A program made the position numbers and the translations under genes. A DNA stretch of 64,000 nt, from the NCBI GenBank assembly GCA_038204775.1, contig JBBRCN010000009.1, positions 5,489 to 69,488 on the forward strand, written 5' to 3'. The DNA comes from Burkholderiales bacterium. GTDB taxonomy: Bacteria; Pseudomonadota; Gammaproteobacteria; Burkholderiales; Burkholderiaceae_C. Every line of letters begins with the position of its first letter. The first letter of the stretch is position 1. Positions 36,932 to 49,094 of this stretch are shown here, one piece after another. The notes under the pieces were generated by a model. The model saw nothing but the letters and a program-made list of their open reading frames with translations. It had not been told where the DNA came from and ran no database searches.

Positions 36932-38214
36932 GCGGCCTTTGCGCCTTCCTTTTTGAAGAGATCACGGAACACGGGGTAGATCTGGCTGGCCTCGGTGGCC
37001 TTGCGCATGGCGAAGTGTTTGTGCGCAGCTTGCAGGTGGCTGTATTCCTCCCACAGGTTCTGCTCTTCTTCGGCCACCTGCACGTAAGCGAAGTAGCGCA
37101 CCAGCGGCAGCAGCTTTTCGCTGAGCAGTTCGCGACAGCGGCCGCTGTCGTGGTGCCAGTTGTCACCGTCGCTGGCCTGCGCGCCGTAGATGTTCCACTG
37201 GCTGGGGTCGTAACGCGCCTTGATGATTTCTTCCATCAGCACCAGCGCGCTGCTCACCACGGTGCCGCCGGTTTCGCGGGCGTGGAAGAAGTTCTGCTCG
37301 TCCACTTCCTGCGCCTGCGTGTGGTGGCGGATGAAGACGAGGTCGATCTTATCGTAGTGCCGCGTCAAGAACAGATACAGCAGGATGAACAAGCGCTTGC
37401 TCAGTTCCTTGCGGCCTTCGTCCATCGAACCCGAGACGTCCATCAGGCAGAACATCACCGCCTTGCTGGTGGGCACCGGCGTCCTCACGCGGTTGCGGAA
37501 GCGCAGGTCGATGGGGTCCAGAAAAGGGATGCGTTCGACACGGGCGCGCAGCGCGGTGATGCGTTCGCTCAGCTCGGCGATGTAAGCTTCGGCCACCTTG
37601 TCACCGGGCTGCAGCGCCTGCTGGCATTCCAGCAGTTCGGACTCCATCGCCTGCAGTTCACGGCGCGGCCCCATGCCCAAGGCGATGCGGCGGCCCAGGG
37701 CTCCGCGCATGCTGCGCACCACGCTCAGGTTGCTGGGCGTGCCGTCGTTGCTGAAGCCGGCACGGTGGCTTTTGTATTCAGGCACTTCAGCCAACTGCGT
37801 GCGCACGAGATGTGGCAAGGCCAGGTCTTCGAAGAAGACCTGCATGAACTCTTCCTTGCTCAACGCAAAGACAAAGTCGTCTTCGCCTTCGCCGCTGTCA
37901 CCAGCCTGGCCCTTGCCACTGCCGCTGCCCTGGCCGCCCTTGGGCCTTTCGATGCGGTCACCCCGCACGTAGTCCTTGTTGCCCGGGTGCACCGTTTCGC
38001 GCACACCGCCAGAGCCGTGGCCGAAGACCGGCTCGGACAGGTCCTTCTTGGGGATGTGGATGTCCTCGCCGCGCTGCATGTCGCGGATGCCGCGGCCGTC
38101 GATGGCACGCTTGACGGCTTCCCTGATCTGGTCCTTGTAGCGGCGCAGGAAGCGCTCGCGATTGCCTATCGACTTGTTCTTGCCGGCCAACCGCCTGTCG
38201 ACGATGTGTTGCAT
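36928..38214 (-). CDS. yeaH: YeaH/YhbH-family (vWA-like) protein
   Basis: NRERFLRRYK, MDVSGSM, ETGGTVVSSAL, AQASDGDNW. Confidence 0.95.
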   Translation of the reverse strand: MQHIVDRRLAGKNKSIGNRERFLRRYKDQIREAVKRAIDGRGIRDMQRGEDIHIPKKDLSEPVFGHGSGGVRETVHPGNKDYVRGDRIERPKGGQGSGSGKGQAGDSGEGEDDFVFALSKEEFMQVFFEDLALPHLVRTQLAEVPEYKSHRAGFSNDGTPSNLSVVRSMRGALGRRIALGMGPRRELQAMESELLECQQALQPGDKVAEAYIAELSERITALRARVERIPFLDPIDLRFRNRVRTPVPTSKAVMFCLMDVSGSMDEGRKELSKRLFILLYLFLTRHYDKIDLVFIRHHTQAQEVDEQNFFHARETGGTVVSSALVLMEEIIKARYDPSQWNIYGAQASDGDNWHHDSGRCRELLSEKLLPLVRYFAYVQVAEEEQNLWEEYSHLQAAHKHFAMRKATEASQIYPVFRDLFKKEGAKAA

Positions 38215-38218
38215 GGGC

Positions 38219-40141
38219 TCAGCTTGACTTGCGCACCCGCAGGTACCACTCGCACAGCAGGCGCACCTGCTTCTGCGTGTAGCCCTTGGCCACCATGCGG
38301 GTCACGAAATCTTCGTGCTTCTTGGCTTCGTCGGCGCTGGCCTTGGCGTTGAAGCTGATCACCGGCAGCAGCTCTTCGGTGTTGCTGAACATCTTCTTCT
38401 CGATCACCGTGCGCAGCTTTTCGTAGCTGGTCCAGACCGGGTTGTTGCCCTGGTGGTTGGCGCGCGCGCGCAGCACGAAGTTGACGATCTCGTTGCGGAA
38501 GTCCTTGGGGTTGGCAATGCCGGCGGGCTTTTCGATCTTCTCGAGTTCGCCATTCAGCGACCCGCGGTCGAAGACTTCGCCGGTGTCGGTGTCGCGGTAC
38601 TCGTGGTCCTGGATCCAGTAGTCGGCATAGGTGACGTAACGGTCGAAGATGTTCTGGCCGTATTCGCTGTAGCTTTCAAGATAGGCGGTCTGGATTTCCT
38701 TGCCGATGAATTCGGCGTAACGCGGTGCCAGCAGTTCCTTGATGAAGCCGACGTACTTGTCTTCGGTTTCCTTGGCGAACTGCTCGCGTTCGATCTGCTG
38801 CTCCAGCACATACATCAGGTGCACCGGGTTGGCCGCCACTTCGGCGCTGTCGAAGTTGAACACCTTGGACAGGATCTTGTAGGCAAAGCGCGTGCTGATG
38901 CCGTTCATGCCTTCGTCGACACCGGCGTAGTCGCGGTACTCCTGGTAGCTCTTGGCGCGCGGGTCGGTGTCTTTCAGGTTCTCGCCGTCGTACACCAGCA
39001 TCTTGGAATAGAGGCTGCTGTTCTCGGGCTCTTTCAAGCGCGTGAGCACGGCAAACTGGCTCATCATCTTCAGCGTGCCGGGGGCGCAGGTGGCGGCGGC
39101 CAGTGACGAGTTCTTGAGCAGCTTTTCGTAGATGTGGATCTCTTCGCTGACACGCAGGCAGTAGGGCACCTTGACGATGTAGATGCGGTCCAGGAAGGCT
39201 TCGTTGTTCTTGTTGTTGCGGAACGCCTTCCACTCGCTTTCGTTGCTGTGCGCCAGCACCACGCCATCGAAGGGGATGGCACCAAAACCTTCGGTGCCCT
39301 TGAAGTTGCCTTCTTGTGTGGCCGTCAGCAGCGGGTGCAGCACCTTGATCGGCGCCTTGAACATTTCCACAAATTCCAGCAGGCCCTGGTTCGCCAGGCA
39401 CAGGCCGCCGCTGTAGCTGTAGGCGTCGGGGTCGTCCTGGCTGAAGCTCTCGAGCTTGCGGATGTCGACCTTGCCCACCAGGCTGCTGATGTCCTGGTTA
39501 TTTTCGTCGCCGGGTTCAGTCTTGCTGATGCCCACCTGCTTGAGGATGCTGGGGTGGCGCTTGACGACCTTGAACTTGCGGATGTCGCCACCGTACTCTT
39601 CGAGCCGTTTCACGGCCCAGGGTGACAGGATGCGGTTCAGATAACGGTGCGGGATGCCGTACTCGCTTTGCAGGATGGGGCCGTCTTCGACGGCGTCGAA
39701 CAGACCCAGCGGTGACTCGTTCACAGGGCTGCCCTTGATGGCGTAGAAAGGCACTTCCTGCATCAGTTGCTTCAGGCGTTCGGCAATGCTGCTCTTGCCG
39801 CCGCCCACGGGGCCCAGCAGGTAGAGGATCTGCTTCTTTTCTTCCAGCCCCTGCGCCGCATGGCGGAAGTAGGACACCACCTGTTCGATGGCGTCTTCCA
39901 TGCCGTAGAACTCGGCAAAGGCCGGGTAGACCTTGATCACCTTGTTCGCAAACAGCCTGGACAACCGTGGGTCGTTGCGTGTGTCAACCGAGGCCGGTTC
40001 GCCAATGGCCCTGAGCATGCGCTCGGCGGCCGTGGCGTAGGCCAGGGGGTTGCGCTTGCACTCGGCGAGGTAGTCCTCGAGCGAGATTTCTTCTTCACGT
40101 GTGCGCTCGAAGCGCGCGGCGAAATTGCTGATCACATCCAT
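38219..40141 (-). CDS. yeaG: PrkA-family AAA+ serine kinase
   Basis: LLGPVGGGKSS, EPGDENNQDIS, EFVEMFKAPIKVLHPLL. Confidence 0.96.
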   Translation of the reverse strand: MDVISNFAARFERTREEEISLEDYLAECKRNPLAYATAAERMLRAIGEPASVDTRNDPRLSRLFANKVIKVYPAFAEFYGMEDAIEQVVSYFRHAAQGLEEKKQILYLLGPVGGGKSSIAERLKQLMQEVPFYAIKGSPVNESPLGLFDAVEDGPILQSEYGIPHRYLNRILSPWAVKRLEEYGGDIRKFKVVKRHPSILKQVGISKTEPGDENNQDISSLVGKVDIRKLESFSQDDPDAYSYSGGLCLANQGLLEFVEMFKAPIKVLHPLLTATQEGNFKGTEGFGAIPFDGVVLAHSNESEWKAFRNNKNNEAFLDRIYIVKVPYCLRVSEEIHIYEKLLKNSSLAAATCAPGTLKMMSQFAVLTRLKEPENSSLYSKMLVYDGENLKDTDPRAKSYQEYRDYAGVDEGMNGISTRFAYKILSKVFNFDSAEVAANPVHLMYVLEQQIEREQFAKETEDKYVGFIKELLAPRYAEFIGKEIQTAYLESYSEYGQNIFDRYVTYADYWIQDHEYRDTDTGEVFDRGSLNGELEKIEKPAGIANPKDFRNEIVNFVLRARANHQGNNPVWTSYEKLRTVIEKKMFSNTEELLPVISFNAKASADEAKKHEDFVTRMVAKGYTQKQVRLLCEWYLRVRKSS

Positions 40142-40536
40142 GCGTGGGGCCTCCGAAAAAGGGGCCAGCACACGGTGGGGAGGACAACCCTGCCCCTGAC
40201 CGCGCCTGGGAAGTTCTGATGAAGTCCCGGCTGTACGGGCCCAGGCTCCATCAGAGCTTTCCGGCTGTCGGCGTGTTGCGCGCACCGACGGCGATGTGAT
40301 CTCAGCATGGAACATTCTGCGCGGCTGAAGCGCCGAATGAACCGCCCAAACGGGTGTCTGTTTCAAGCATCGACGGATGCCGTGCGATCACTCACGACAG
40401 CTTGCTTTGTTGCAAGCCGCGTGCCTTGCCATCATGCACTCAACGCCGCATCCGTGCATGCGGCTGACAGGGTGGGTGCACCGCGATGGAGCGAACCGGC
40501 CCGGGATTGGTTCCCCGCAGTGCGACACTGCTGCAG

Positions 40537-41721
40537 ATGAATCGTCACCTCCTGCTGCTGGTCGTGTGCCAGGCGCTGTTTCTCACCAACAACGTCACCT
40601 TCATTGCCATCAACGGCCTGGTGGGCTTTTCGCTGGCGCCGCTGGGCTGGATGGCGACGTTGCCCGTCACCGGTTACGTGGTGGGTGCTGCGCTGTCGGC
40701 CATGCCTGTGGCGCGGCTGCAAGCGCGTGTCGGGCGCAAGCGCTCGTTCCAGGTGGGCCTGGTGGTGGCCGCGCTGTCGGCCGCACTGTGCGCGCTGGCC
40801 GTCAGCACCAGCAACTTCTGGCTGCTGGTGGCGGCCACATTGTTTGCGGGCTTCTACAGCGCCAACGGCGCGCTGTACCGTTTTGCAGGGGCCGAACTGG
40901 TGCAGCCCGCCTTCAAGGAGCGTGCGCTGTCGTGGGTGCTGGCCGGCGGTGTGGCCGGTGCTTTCATCGGGCCCAACCTGGCCAGCGCCACACGCACCTG
41001 GCTGGCGGTGCCTTTTGCCGGCGCTTACCTGGCGCTGGTGGGCGTGGCCTTGCTGGGCCTGCTGGTGATGAGCTTCATCCGGTTTCCAGAGCACGTGCCG
41101 CCCTTGCCTGGCGCGGCCACGGGTCGATCGGCGGCCGAACTGGCACGCCAGCCGGCCTTCGTGGTGGCCATCGTGGCCGCCGCGCTGGGCTATGGCGTGA
41201 TGAATCTGCTGATGGCGGCCACGCCGATTGCCATGGCGCAGTGCAAACACCCCTTCGAAAGCGCAGCGCTGGTGCTCGAATGGCACGTGCTGGGCATGTT
41301 CGTGCCCAGCTTTTTCACAGGCAACCTGATCAAGCGCTTCGGCGCCATCCCGGTGATGCTGGTGGGCGCTGCGCTCAATCTCGTCTGTGTGGCGGTGGCG
41401 CTCAGCGGCGTCGACCTGATGCAGTTTCTGGTGGCACTGTTTGCGCTGGGCGTGGGCTGGAACTTCCTGTACACCGGCGGCAGCACGCTGCTGACCCAGA
41501 CCTACCGACCCGAAGAGAAAAACCGCGCGCAAGGCATGATGGACACTTGTGTGTTCTGGACCATGGCCCTGAGCTCTTTTTCTTCGGGCGCGCTGATCAC
41601 CACTCAGGGTTGGACCTGGCTGAATCTGGGCTCGCTGCTGCCCATCGCCGCTGTCACGGCTGCGATCTTGTGGCTGCGGCTGCAGAACCGCCGCGCCGCC
41701 GTCACTGGCGTTTCTGGTTAA
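40537..41721 (+). CDS. MFS transporter
   Basis: About 12 hydrophobic segments; YRFAGAE, MNLLMAATP, WHVLGMFVPSFFTG, GWNFLY. Confidence 0.9.
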   Translation: MNRHLLLLVVCQALFLTNNVTFIAINGLVGFSLAPLGWMATLPVTGYVVGAALSAMPVARLQARVGRKRSFQVGLVVAALSAALCALAVSTSNFWLLVAATLFAGFYSANGALYRFAGAELVQPAFKERALSWVLAGGVAGAFIGPNLASATRTWLAVPFAGAYLALVGVALLGLLVMSFIRFPEHVPPLPGAATGRSAAELARQPAFVVAIVAAALGYGVMNLLMAATPIAMAQCKHPFESAALVLEWHVLGMFVPSFFTGNLIKRFGAIPVMLVGAALNLVCVAVALSGVDLMQFLVALFALGVGWNFLYTGGSTLLTQTYRPEEKNRAQGMMDTCVFWTMALSSFSSGALITTQGWTWLNLGSLLPIAAVTAAILWLRLQNRRAAVTGVSG

Positions 41722-41831
41722 CCCGAGCTTTCGCTTTTTTAGATAGCGCGGCGCCGACGGAATGAATTTCACAGCCCCGGGGTGAGCCCCCTATCGTCCG
41801 CCGCCTGGAATCAATCCAGCCCGGAGGACCC

Positions 41832-43010
41832 ATGGCTACACCCATCTCGCGCAGCTTTGCACTGGCGGCCGTTGCCGCAGCCACCCTCGTCGCCCACACC
41901 GTGGTGGTGGCGCAAACAGCACCCTTGCAGAAACTGGGCAAAGGCGAAGGGCAGGTCGACATCGTGGCCTGGGCCGGCTACATCGAACGCGGTGCCACCG
42001 ACAAGAATTTCGACTGGGTGACCGACTTCGAAAAGAAGTCCGGCTGCAAGGTCAACGTCAAGACCGCCGGCACCTCGGACGAGATGGTGGCGCTGATGAA
42101 CGAGGGTGGCTTCGACCTGGTCACCGCATCGGGCGACGCGTCGACGCGGCTCATCCGCGGCAAGAAGGTGCAGCCCATCAACGTCAACCTGATCCCCAGC
42201 TACAAGAACATCGATCCGCGGCTGCAGAAGGCCCCCTGGCACTTTGAAAGTGGCCAGCACTACGGTGTGCCCTACCAGTGGGGCTGGAATGTGCTCATGT
42301 ACAACACCAAGGTCTTTGGCAACAAGCCGCCCACCAGCTGGGAGGTGGTGTTCAAGGAAATGACCCTGCCCGATGGCAAAAGCAACAAGGGCCGTGTGCA
42401 GGCCTTCGACGGCCCCATCCACATTGCCGACGCGGCGCTGTACCTCAAGCACACCAACAAGGCCCTGGGCATCACCGACCCGTATGAGCTGAATGAAGCC
42501 CAGTACAAGGCGGCGCTGGACCTGCTGCGGGGCCAGCGCAAGATCGTGGGCAAGTACTGGCACGACGCCTTTGTTCAGATCGACGACTTCACCAACGAAG
42601 GTGTCGTGGCCAGCGGCTCGTGGCAGTTCCAGGCCAACATCCTGAAGAGCAAGAAGCAGCCGATTGCCACCGTCGTGCCCGTCGAAGGCGCCACCGGCTG
42701 GGCCGACAGCACCATGCTGCATGCCGAAGCCAAGCACCCCAACTGCGCCTACCAGTGGCTGGAACATTCGCTCAACCCCAAGCTGCAGGGCGACCTGTCG
42801 GCCTGGTTCGGTTCGGTGCCCGCCGTGCCCGCCGCCTGCAAGGGCAACAAGCTGCTCACCGACGAAGGCTGCGCGCGCCAGGGCTACAACGACTTTGAAA
42901 GGATCTCGTTCTGGCGCACCCCGGTGACCCAGTGCAAGAGCCAGAACAACGCCTGCGTGCCCTATCACAAGTGGGCCACTGACTACATCGCGGTGCTGGG
43001 CGGGCGGTGA
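41832..43010 (+). CDS. ydcS: Polyamine/GABA-type ABC substrate-binding protein
   Basis: [38 protein letters not shown]. Confidence 0.9.
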   Translation: MATPISRSFALAAVAAATLVAHTVVVAQTAPLQKLGKGEGQVDIVAWAGYIERGATDKNFDWVTDFEKKSGCKVNVKTAGTSDEMVALMNEGGFDLVTASGDASTRLIRGKKVQPINVNLIPSYKNIDPRLQKAPWHFESGQHYGVPYQWGWNVLMYNTKVFGNKPPTSWEVVFKEMTLPDGKSNKGRVQAFDGPIHIADAALYLKHTNKALGITDPYELNEAQYKAALDLLRGQRKIVGKYWHDAFVQIDDFTNEGVVASGSWQFQANILKSKKQPIATVVPVEGATGWADSTMLHAEAKHPNCAYQWLEHSLNPKLQGDLSAWFGSVPAVPAACKGNKLLTDEGCARQGYNDFERISFWRTPVTQCKSQNNACVPYHKWATDYIAVLGGR

Positions 43011-44020
43011 CAGCTGCGGTCAGCCTTGACCGCGTCTGCTGCACCTTCGGCACCGGCGCGCAGGCGGTGCGCGCGGTGGACGGCGTGGACCTGGAGATCG
43101 CCGCCGGCGAGTTTTTCACCTTGCTCGGGCCTTCGGGCTCGGGCAAGACCACCGTGCTGCGCATGATCGGCGGTTTCACGTTGCCGACATCGGGTCAGAT
43201 CCGCATCGACGGGCAAGACGTGTCGCAGCAGCCGCCTTACGCCAGGCCGGTGAACACCGTGTTCCAGGACTACGCGCTGTTTCCGCACATGAGCGTGCGC
43301 GACAACGTGGCCTACCCGTTGATGGTGCAAAGGGCAGTGCGCAAGATGGCGCGAGCGGAACGTGCGGCCAAAGCCGACGAACTGCTGGCGCAGGTGCAGC
43401 TGCCCGGTGTGGGCGACCGCCGTCCAGCACAGCTGTCGGGCGGCCAGCGCCAGCGTGTGGCGCTGGCGCGTGCGCTCATCAGCCAGCCTCAACTGCTGCT
43501 GCTGGACGAGCCGCTGGGGGCGCTGGACCTCAAGCTGCGCGAGCAGATGCAAAGCGAGCTGAAGGCCCTGCAGCGGCGGCTGGGCATCACTTTCCTGTTC
43601 ATCACGCACGACCAGCACGAAGCGCTGTCGATGAGCGACCGCATCGGCGTCTTCAACCGCGGCCGGCTTGAACAGGTGGGCACGCCGCAGCAGGTCTACG
43701 ACACACCGGCGACACGGTTTGTGGCGCAGTTCGTGGGTGCGGCCAATGTGCTGGAAGGTGCGGTGGCGCAGCGCCTGGCAGGTCAGGCGGCAGCCATGCT
43801 GCGGCCCGAGCGCATTCGCGTCGGCCCGGCCGAAGGCGCACGCGCCAACGGCACGGTGGCCGAGGTGCAGTACTTTGGCAGCTTCACGCGGTTGCGTGTG
43901 GACCTGGGCGACACCACCTTGCAAGCCGACTTGCCCGCCGGTGAGCCCGCGCCCATGGCCGGCCAGGCCGTGCATCTGCACTGGGCCGCCGACGCCGTGC
44001 ACCGCCTGGGTGGCGTGTGA
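43007..44020 (+). CDS. ydcT: ABC ATP-binding protein (PotA family)
   Basis: [39 protein letters not shown]. Confidence 0.9.
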   Translation: MTAAVSLDRVCCTFGTGAQAVRAVDGVDLEIAAGEFFTLLGPSGSGKTTVLRMIGGFTLPTSGQIRIDGQDVSQQPPYARPVNTVFQDYALFPHMSVRDNVAYPLMVQRAVRKMARAERAAKADELLAQVQLPGVGDRRPAQLSGGQRQRVALARALISQPQLLLLDEPLGALDLKLREQMQSELKALQRRLGITFLFITHDQHEALSMSDRIGVFNRGRLEQVGTPQQVYDTPATRFVAQFVGAANVLEGAVAQRLAGQAAAMLRPERIRVGPAEGARANGTVAEVQYFGSFTRLRVDLGDTTLQADLPAGEPAPMAGQAVHLHWAADAVHRLGGV

Positions 44021-44958
44021 ACGCGCTGCTGCTGCCGGCCCCAACCGTCACGCTGCGGCGGCGCGCGTCTGACCTGCTGTACACCCGCCGCGGCCTCTTG
44101 CTTTTGGCGCTGCTGGGGCCGCCGCTGCTGTGGTTCGGCGTCATCTACCTGGGCAGCCTTTTTGCGCTGCTGGCCAACGCGTTTTTTCGCCTGGACGACT
44201 TCACCGGCCAGGTGGTGCGCGAGGTGGGTCTGTCCAACTTCGTTGCGCTGCTGGAGCCGGCCAATCTGGACTCGGCACGCCGCACCATCGTCATGGCCGT
44301 GGCGGTGACGCTGGCCTGCACCGTGCTGGCCTTTCCGCTGGCCTTCTACATGGCGAGGCACGCCCGCGGCGCGCACAAAGCGCTGCTCTACATCGCCGTC
44401 ATGCTGCCGCTGTGGAGCAGCTACCTGGTGCGCCTTTACGCCTGGAAGCTGCTGCTGGCCAAGGAAGGCGCCATCTCCTGGCTGGCCACGCAGCTGCATG
44501 CGCAGTGGCTGCTGGACGCGCTACTGGCCACGCCCACCATCGGCGGGCCGTCGCTGAGCTTTTCGACCCTGGGCACCTTCATCGTCTTTGTCTACATGTG
44601 GCTGCCCTTCATGGTGCTGCCCATCATGGCGGCCATCGAACGCATCCCCGCGTCGACGCTGGAGGCCAGTGCCGACCTGGGCGCGCACCCGGCCACCACC
44701 TTTCGCACGGTGATCCTGCCGCTGGCCATGCCGGGTGTGGCGGCGGGGTCCATCTTCACCTTCAGCCTGACCCTGGGTGATTACATCATTCCGCAGGTCA
44801 TCGGCGACAGCACGCTCTACATCGGTCAGATCGTCTACCGCCAGCAAGGTGTGGCCGGCAATCTGCCGTTTGCGGCGGCTTTTGCGCTGGTGCCCATCGT
44901 GGTGATCGCCGTCTACCTGTGGTTTGCCAAACGCCAGGGAGCCTTCGATGCGGTCTAG
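44017..44958 (+). CDS. ydcU: ABC permease (PotB family)
   Basis: [28 protein letters not shown]. Confidence 0.9.
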   Translation: MNALLLPAPTVTLRRRASDLLYTRRGLLLLALLGPPLLWFGVIYLGSLFALLANAFFRLDDFTGQVVREVGLSNFVALLEPANLDSARRTIVMAVAVTLACTVLAFPLAFYMARHARGAHKALLYIAVMLPLWSSYLVRLYAWKLLLAKEGAISWLATQLHAQWLLDALLATPTIGGPSLSFSTLGTFIVFVYMWLPFMVLPIMAAIERIPASTLEASADLGAHPATTFRTVILPLAMPGVAAGSIFTFSLTLGDYIIPQVIGDSTLYIGQIVYRQQGVAGNLPFAAAFALVPIVVIAVYLWFAKRQGAFDAV

Positions 44959-45733
44959 GTGGCTGCCCATCGCCGCCTGGGGCGTGGTTCTGTTCCTGCA
45001 CATTCCGCTGGCGCTGATCATCCTGTACGCCTTCAGTGCCGAGGACAAGAGCTACGTCTTCCCGCCACCTGCGCTGACCACGCAATGGTTTGGCGTGGCC
45101 TGGCAACGCCAGGACGTGTGGGACGCCATCCGGCTGTCCTTCAACGTGGCCGCGTGGAGCACCACCATCGCGCTGGTGCTGGGTACGCTGGCCGCCGCAG
45201 CACTGGCGCGCGCCAAGTTCTTCGGCCGCGACGCCATCAGCCTGCTGCTGATCCTGCCCATTGCACTACCCGGCATCTTGACCGGCATCGCGCTGCGTTC
45301 GGCCTACCACACGCTGGAGATTCCGTTCAGCTTCTGGACCATCGTCATCGGCCACGCCACCTTCTGCGTGGTGGTGGTGTTCAACAACGCGGTGGCGCGG
45401 CTGCGGCGGCTGAATCCGAATCTCATCGAAGCCAGCATGGACCTGGGCGCCGATGGCTTTCAGACCGTGCGCTACATCGTGCTGCCGCAACTGGGCAGCG
45501 CCCTGCTGGCCGGTGCGCTGCTGGCTTTTGCCTTGAGCTTTGACGAGGTCATCGTTACGACTTTCACTGCCGGCCAGCAGACCACGCTGCCGATCTGGAT
45601 GCTGCAGGAGCTGATACGCCCGCGTCAGCGTCCGGTGACCAACGTGGTGGCGGTGGTGATCATCGCGCTGACCTTCGTGCCCATCCTGATTGCCTATTCC
45701 CTGACCCGCGCCGACGAAACCGGCCACCGCTGA
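44948..45733 (+). CDS. ydcV: ABC permease (PotC family)
   Basis: [23 protein letters not shown]. Confidence 0.9.
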   Translation: MRSRWLPIAAWGVVLFLHIPLALIILYAFSAEDKSYVFPPPALTTQWFGVAWQRQDVWDAIRLSFNVAAWSTTIALVLGTLAAAALARAKFFGRDAISLLLILPIALPGILTGIALRSAYHTLEIPFSFWTIVIGHATFCVVVVFNNAVARLRRLNPNLIEASMDLGADGFQTVRYIVLPQLGSALLAGALLAFALSFDEVIVTTFTAGQQTTLPIWMLQELIRPRQRPVTNVVAVVIIALTFVPILIAYSLTRADETGHR

Positions 45734-45747
45734 AACAGGAGCCTGCC

Positions 45748-47196
45748 ATGCACCCGACCCTGCCCACCGAACTGTTCATCGACGGCGCCTTCGTGCTTGG
45801 CGAAGGCGAAGCCGAACGGGTGCTCAACCCCGCCACCGGCGAACTGCTGGTGGCCGTGCCCGAAGCCAGCGCCGAGCAGGTGCACAAGGCCGTCTCGGCC
45901 GCGCACCGCGCCTTTGACGCCTGGAGCGAAACCACGCCCATGGAGCGCAGCCGCCTGCTGCTGAAACTGGCCGACGCCATCGAAGCACGCGCCGAAGAAT
46001 TTGCGCGCCTGGAAAGCCTGAACTGCGGCAAGCCCTATGCCCGCGCGCTGGCCGACGAGATACCCGCCGTGGCCGACTGCTACCGCTACTTTGCCGGTGC
46101 CGCACGCTGCATGGGCGGCCCGCTGGCCGGCGAATACCTGGCCGGCCACACCAGCATGATCCGCCGCGACGCGGTGGGCGTGGTGGCGTCCATCGCGCCC
46201 TGGAACTACCCGCTGATGATGGCGGCCTGGAAAACCGCGCCGGCACTGGCCGCCGGCAACACGGTGGTCATCAAGCCCAGCGAGCAGACACCGCTGAGCA
46301 CGTTGCTGCTGGCCCAGGTGGCGGCCGAGATATTCCCCAAGGGCGTGCTCAACGTCATTACCGGGCGCGGCGCCACCGTGGGCCAGCCGCTGGTGGAGCA
46401 CCCGAAGGTGGCGATGGTCAGCGTCACCGGTGATGTCTCCACCGGCCGCAAGATCTTGCAGGCCGCCAGCGGCACGCTCAAGCGCACGCACCTGGAACTG
46501 GGCGGCAAGGCGCCCGTGGTGGTGTTCGACGACGCCGACCTGGCGGCGGTGGTCGAAGGCCTGCGCACCTTCGGCTACTACAACGCGGGGCAGGACTGCA
46601 CCGCGGCCTGCCGCATCTACGCCGGCGGGAAGATCTACGACAAGCTGGTGGCCGACCTGAGCAGCGCCGTCAAGAGCATCAAGATGGGCACGCAGGACGA
46701 AGAAGGCGTTGAAATCGGCCCGCTGATCAGCGACCGCCAGCGCAACCGCGTGGCCAGTTTTGTGGAACGTGCGCAGATGGCCGGCCACATGGAAATCACG
46801 GCCGGTGGCAAGGCGCGCAACGGCGGTGAGTTCGGTGCCGGCTTTTTCTACGAACCCACCGTGGTGGCCGGCGCGCGGCAAGAGGACGAGATCGTCAAGC
46901 GCGAAGTTTTCGGCCCCGTCGTCAGCGTGACCCGGTTCACCGATACCGAACAGGCCATCAGCTGGGCCAACGACAGCGACTACGGTCTGGCCAGCAGCGT
47001 GTGGACACAGGACGTGGGCCGCGCCATGCGCGTGGCCAAGAAGCTGCGTTACGGCTGCACCTGGATCAACACCCACTTCATGCTCGTCAACGAGATGCCA
47101 CACGGCGGCCTGAAGAGCAGCGGCTACGGCAAGGACTTGAGCATGTACGCGCTGGAGGACTACACCGTACCCAGGCACGTCATGGTCAAGCTGTGA
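45748..47196 (+). CDS. patD: Gamma-aminobutyraldehyde dehydrogenase
   Basis: [50 protein letters not shown]; follows ydcSTUV. Confidence 0.92.
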   Translation: MHPTLPTELFIDGAFVLGEGEAERVLNPATGELLVAVPEASAEQVHKAVSAAHRAFDAWSETTPMERSRLLLKLADAIEARAEEFARLESLNCGKPYARALADEIPAVADCYRYFAGAARCMGGPLAGEYLAGHTSMIRRDAVGVVASIAPWNYPLMMAAWKTAPALAAGNTVVIKPSEQTPLSTLLLAQVAAEIFPKGVLNVITGRGATVGQPLVEHPKVAMVSVTGDVSTGRKILQAASGTLKRTHLELGGKAPVVVFDDADLAAVVEGLRTFGYYNAGQDCTAACRIYAGGKIYDKLVADLSSAVKSIKMGTQDEEGVEIGPLISDRQRNRVASFVERAQMAGHMEITAGGKARNGGEFGAGFFYEPTVVAGARQEDEIVKREVFGPVVSVTRFTDTEQAISWANDSDYGLASSVWTQDVGRAMRVAKKLRYGCTWINTHFMLVNEMPHGGLKSSGYGKDLSMYALEDYTVPRHVMVKL

Positions 47197-48166
47197 TCCC
47201 CTTGGGGGTGCTGGCGACGCCACCAGGCCTTTGCGCCGGCCCGAGTCGCGCGCGACGCGAGCGCGAGGTTTCGCGCGCCAGTTCGATGAACTCGGTAGCC
47301 ACGGGCTTCAGGCCGCTGCCCCGGCGCCACACCAGGCCCACGTCCACCGTGGGCAGCGCGTCGCGCAGCGGCCGCACTTCCACATGTTCTGCGTCCAGCG
47401 TCCACGGGCGGTACAAAAAGTCGGGCAGGACGGCGATGCCGGCACCCGCGCCCACCAGCGAACGCACCGCTTCCAGCGAACTGGTGCGCAGGATGGTGCG
47501 GGCCTTCAGCTGATGGCGCGCCCACACGGCGCGCATCAGCTCGTCGATGCGATCGGCTTCCAGCACGATCTGGTCGCAGGCCGCACAGTCGGCCAGCGTC
47601 AGCTCGTCCTGCGAACACAGCGTGTGGTCGGACGGCAACCAGACGCGGCTGGGGCTGCGCGTCAACGTCTCGGCCACCAGCGCCTGCGGTTCGCTGAGCG
47701 CATTGCTCAGCATGATGGCCACGTCCACCTCACCGTTGATGAGCAGGTGCTCCAGGAAACGCGGCGTGTCTTCGGTGACATACACCTGCACCTGCGGGCA
47801 GCTGCGGCGGTAGCGGCTGAAGAGTTCGCTCAGGTAGTAGCCGGCCACGAGGCTGGTCACGCCCACGGCCAGCGTGCCGGTCAGGCCCGCAGCCGCGTCG
47901 TCGTCTGCTCGTTCGCGTGTGGCCTCGGCCACCGTGGCCAGCACCTTGTGCGCCTTGGTTAGAAAACGGTGGCCCTGCGGCGTGAGCTGCATGCCGCGCG
48001 AACTGCGGGCAAAGAGCGTGCGGCCGAGCTCATCTTCGAGTTCCTGCATGCTCTTGGTGACCGCGCTCTGTGCGATGTTGAGCATGCGCGAGGCTGCGGC
48101 CACGCTGCCACTTTCAGCCACGGCGATGAAGTAACGAAACTGGCGCAGCGTGATGTGCGAGGACAT
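47186..48166 (-). CDS. LysR-family transcriptional regulator
   Basis: [30 protein letters not shown]; LysR substrate-binding domain. Confidence 0.93.
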   Translation of the reverse strand: MSSHITLRQFRYFIAVAESGSVAAASRMLNIAQSAVTKSMQELEDELGRTLFARSSRGMQLTPQGHRFLTKAHKVLATVAEATRERADDDAAAGLTGTLAVGVTSLVAGYYLSELFSRYRRSCPQVQVYVTEDTPRFLEHLLINGEVDVAIMLSNALSEPQALVAETLTRSPSRVWLPSDHTLCSQDELTLADCAACDQIVLEADRIDELMRAVWARHQLKARTILRTSSLEAVRSLVGAGAGIAVLPDFLYRPWTLDAEHVEVRPLRDALPTVDVGLVWRRGSGLKPVATEFIELARETSRSRRARLGPAQRPGGVASTPKGITA

Positions 48167-48192
48167 GGCTCTCGCGTGTGCGCCGCTTGCCG

Positions 48193-49083
48193 TCAGGCTT
48201 CGCCGACGCCCAGCTTTTCGAGCAGGCCGTTCAACTCTTCCAGCGAGCCGAAGGCAATCGCAACTTCGCCTGCTTCGCCGCGCCGTGTCCGCCGCTTGAC
48301 ACGGATCTCGACCGCCGCCGTCAGCACGTCGGCCAAGCGCTCTTCGAGCCGCGTGATGTCGCGCGACTTGGTCTTGGCTTTGGTCGGCGTGCGGCGGTCT
48401 GATTCGAGCTGGCCCGCGCGTGCCACCAGGCGCTCGGCATCGCGCACGCTGAGCTTCTTGGCGGCAATCTCTTGTGCGGCCATCACCTGCTCGGCCGCCG
48501 GCAGGGACAGCAGCGCGCGGGCATGCCCCATGTCGATGTCACCTGCCAGCAGCATCTGCTGCACGGGGTCGGCCAGGTTCAGCAAACGCAGCAGGTTGGA
48601 CGCCGCGCTGCGCGACCGGCCCACGGCCTGCGCGGCCTGTTCATGCGTGAGCTGGAACTCGCTGACCAGGCGCTGCAGGCCTTGTGCTTCTTCCAGCGGG
48701 TTCAGGTCTTCGCGCTGGATGTTTTCGATCAGCGCCATCACCGCGGCGGCTTCGTCGGCCACCGGCTTGACGAGCACGGGCACGGCGTCCAGCCCGGCCA
48801 GACGAGCGGCGCGGAAGCGGCGTTCGCCAGCGATGATCTCGTAGCCGCCGTCCACCGGCCGCACCAGGATCGGCTGCATCACACCCTGGCTCTTGATGCT
48901 TTCTGCCAGCTCGTACAGCGAACCTTCGTCCATGCGCGTGCGCGGCTGGTACTTGCCGGTGCGCAAGGCGCCCAGCGGCAGCGAGGTGGGAGTGCCGGCT
49001 TCGGCCTTGGGCGCGTCGCTGACCTTGGGGCCGAGCAGGGCTTCCAGGCCGAGGCCCAGGCCCTTGGGTTTCTTGGTGACCAT
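48193..49083 (-). CDS. parB: Chromosome partitioning protein ParB
   Basis: GLGLGLEALL, YQPR, IIAGERRFRAA, IENIQREDLNPLEEA, GRSRSAASNLLRLL. Confidence 0.96.
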   Translation of the reverse strand: MVTKKPKGLGLGLEALLGPKVSDAPKAEAGTPTSLPLGALRTGKYQPRTRMDEGSLYELAESIKSQGVMQPILVRPVDGGYEIIAGERRFRAARLAGLDAVPVLVKPVADEAAAVMALIENIQREDLNPLEEAQGLQRLVSEFQLTHEQAAQAVGRSRSAASNLLRLLNLADPVQQMLLAGDIDMGHARALLSLPAAEQVMAAQEIAAKKLSVRDAERLVARAGQLESDRRTPTKAKTKSRDITRLEERLADVLTAAVEIRVKRRTRRGEAGEVAIAFGSLEELNGLLEKLGVGEA

Positions 49084-49094
49084 GCGGCGGATTG

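Noticed and set aside
35378-47196. yeaG-yeaH-ycgB and ydcSTUV-patD operons as novel systems
   Set aside because: Both are well-known conserved operons in their usual gene order.
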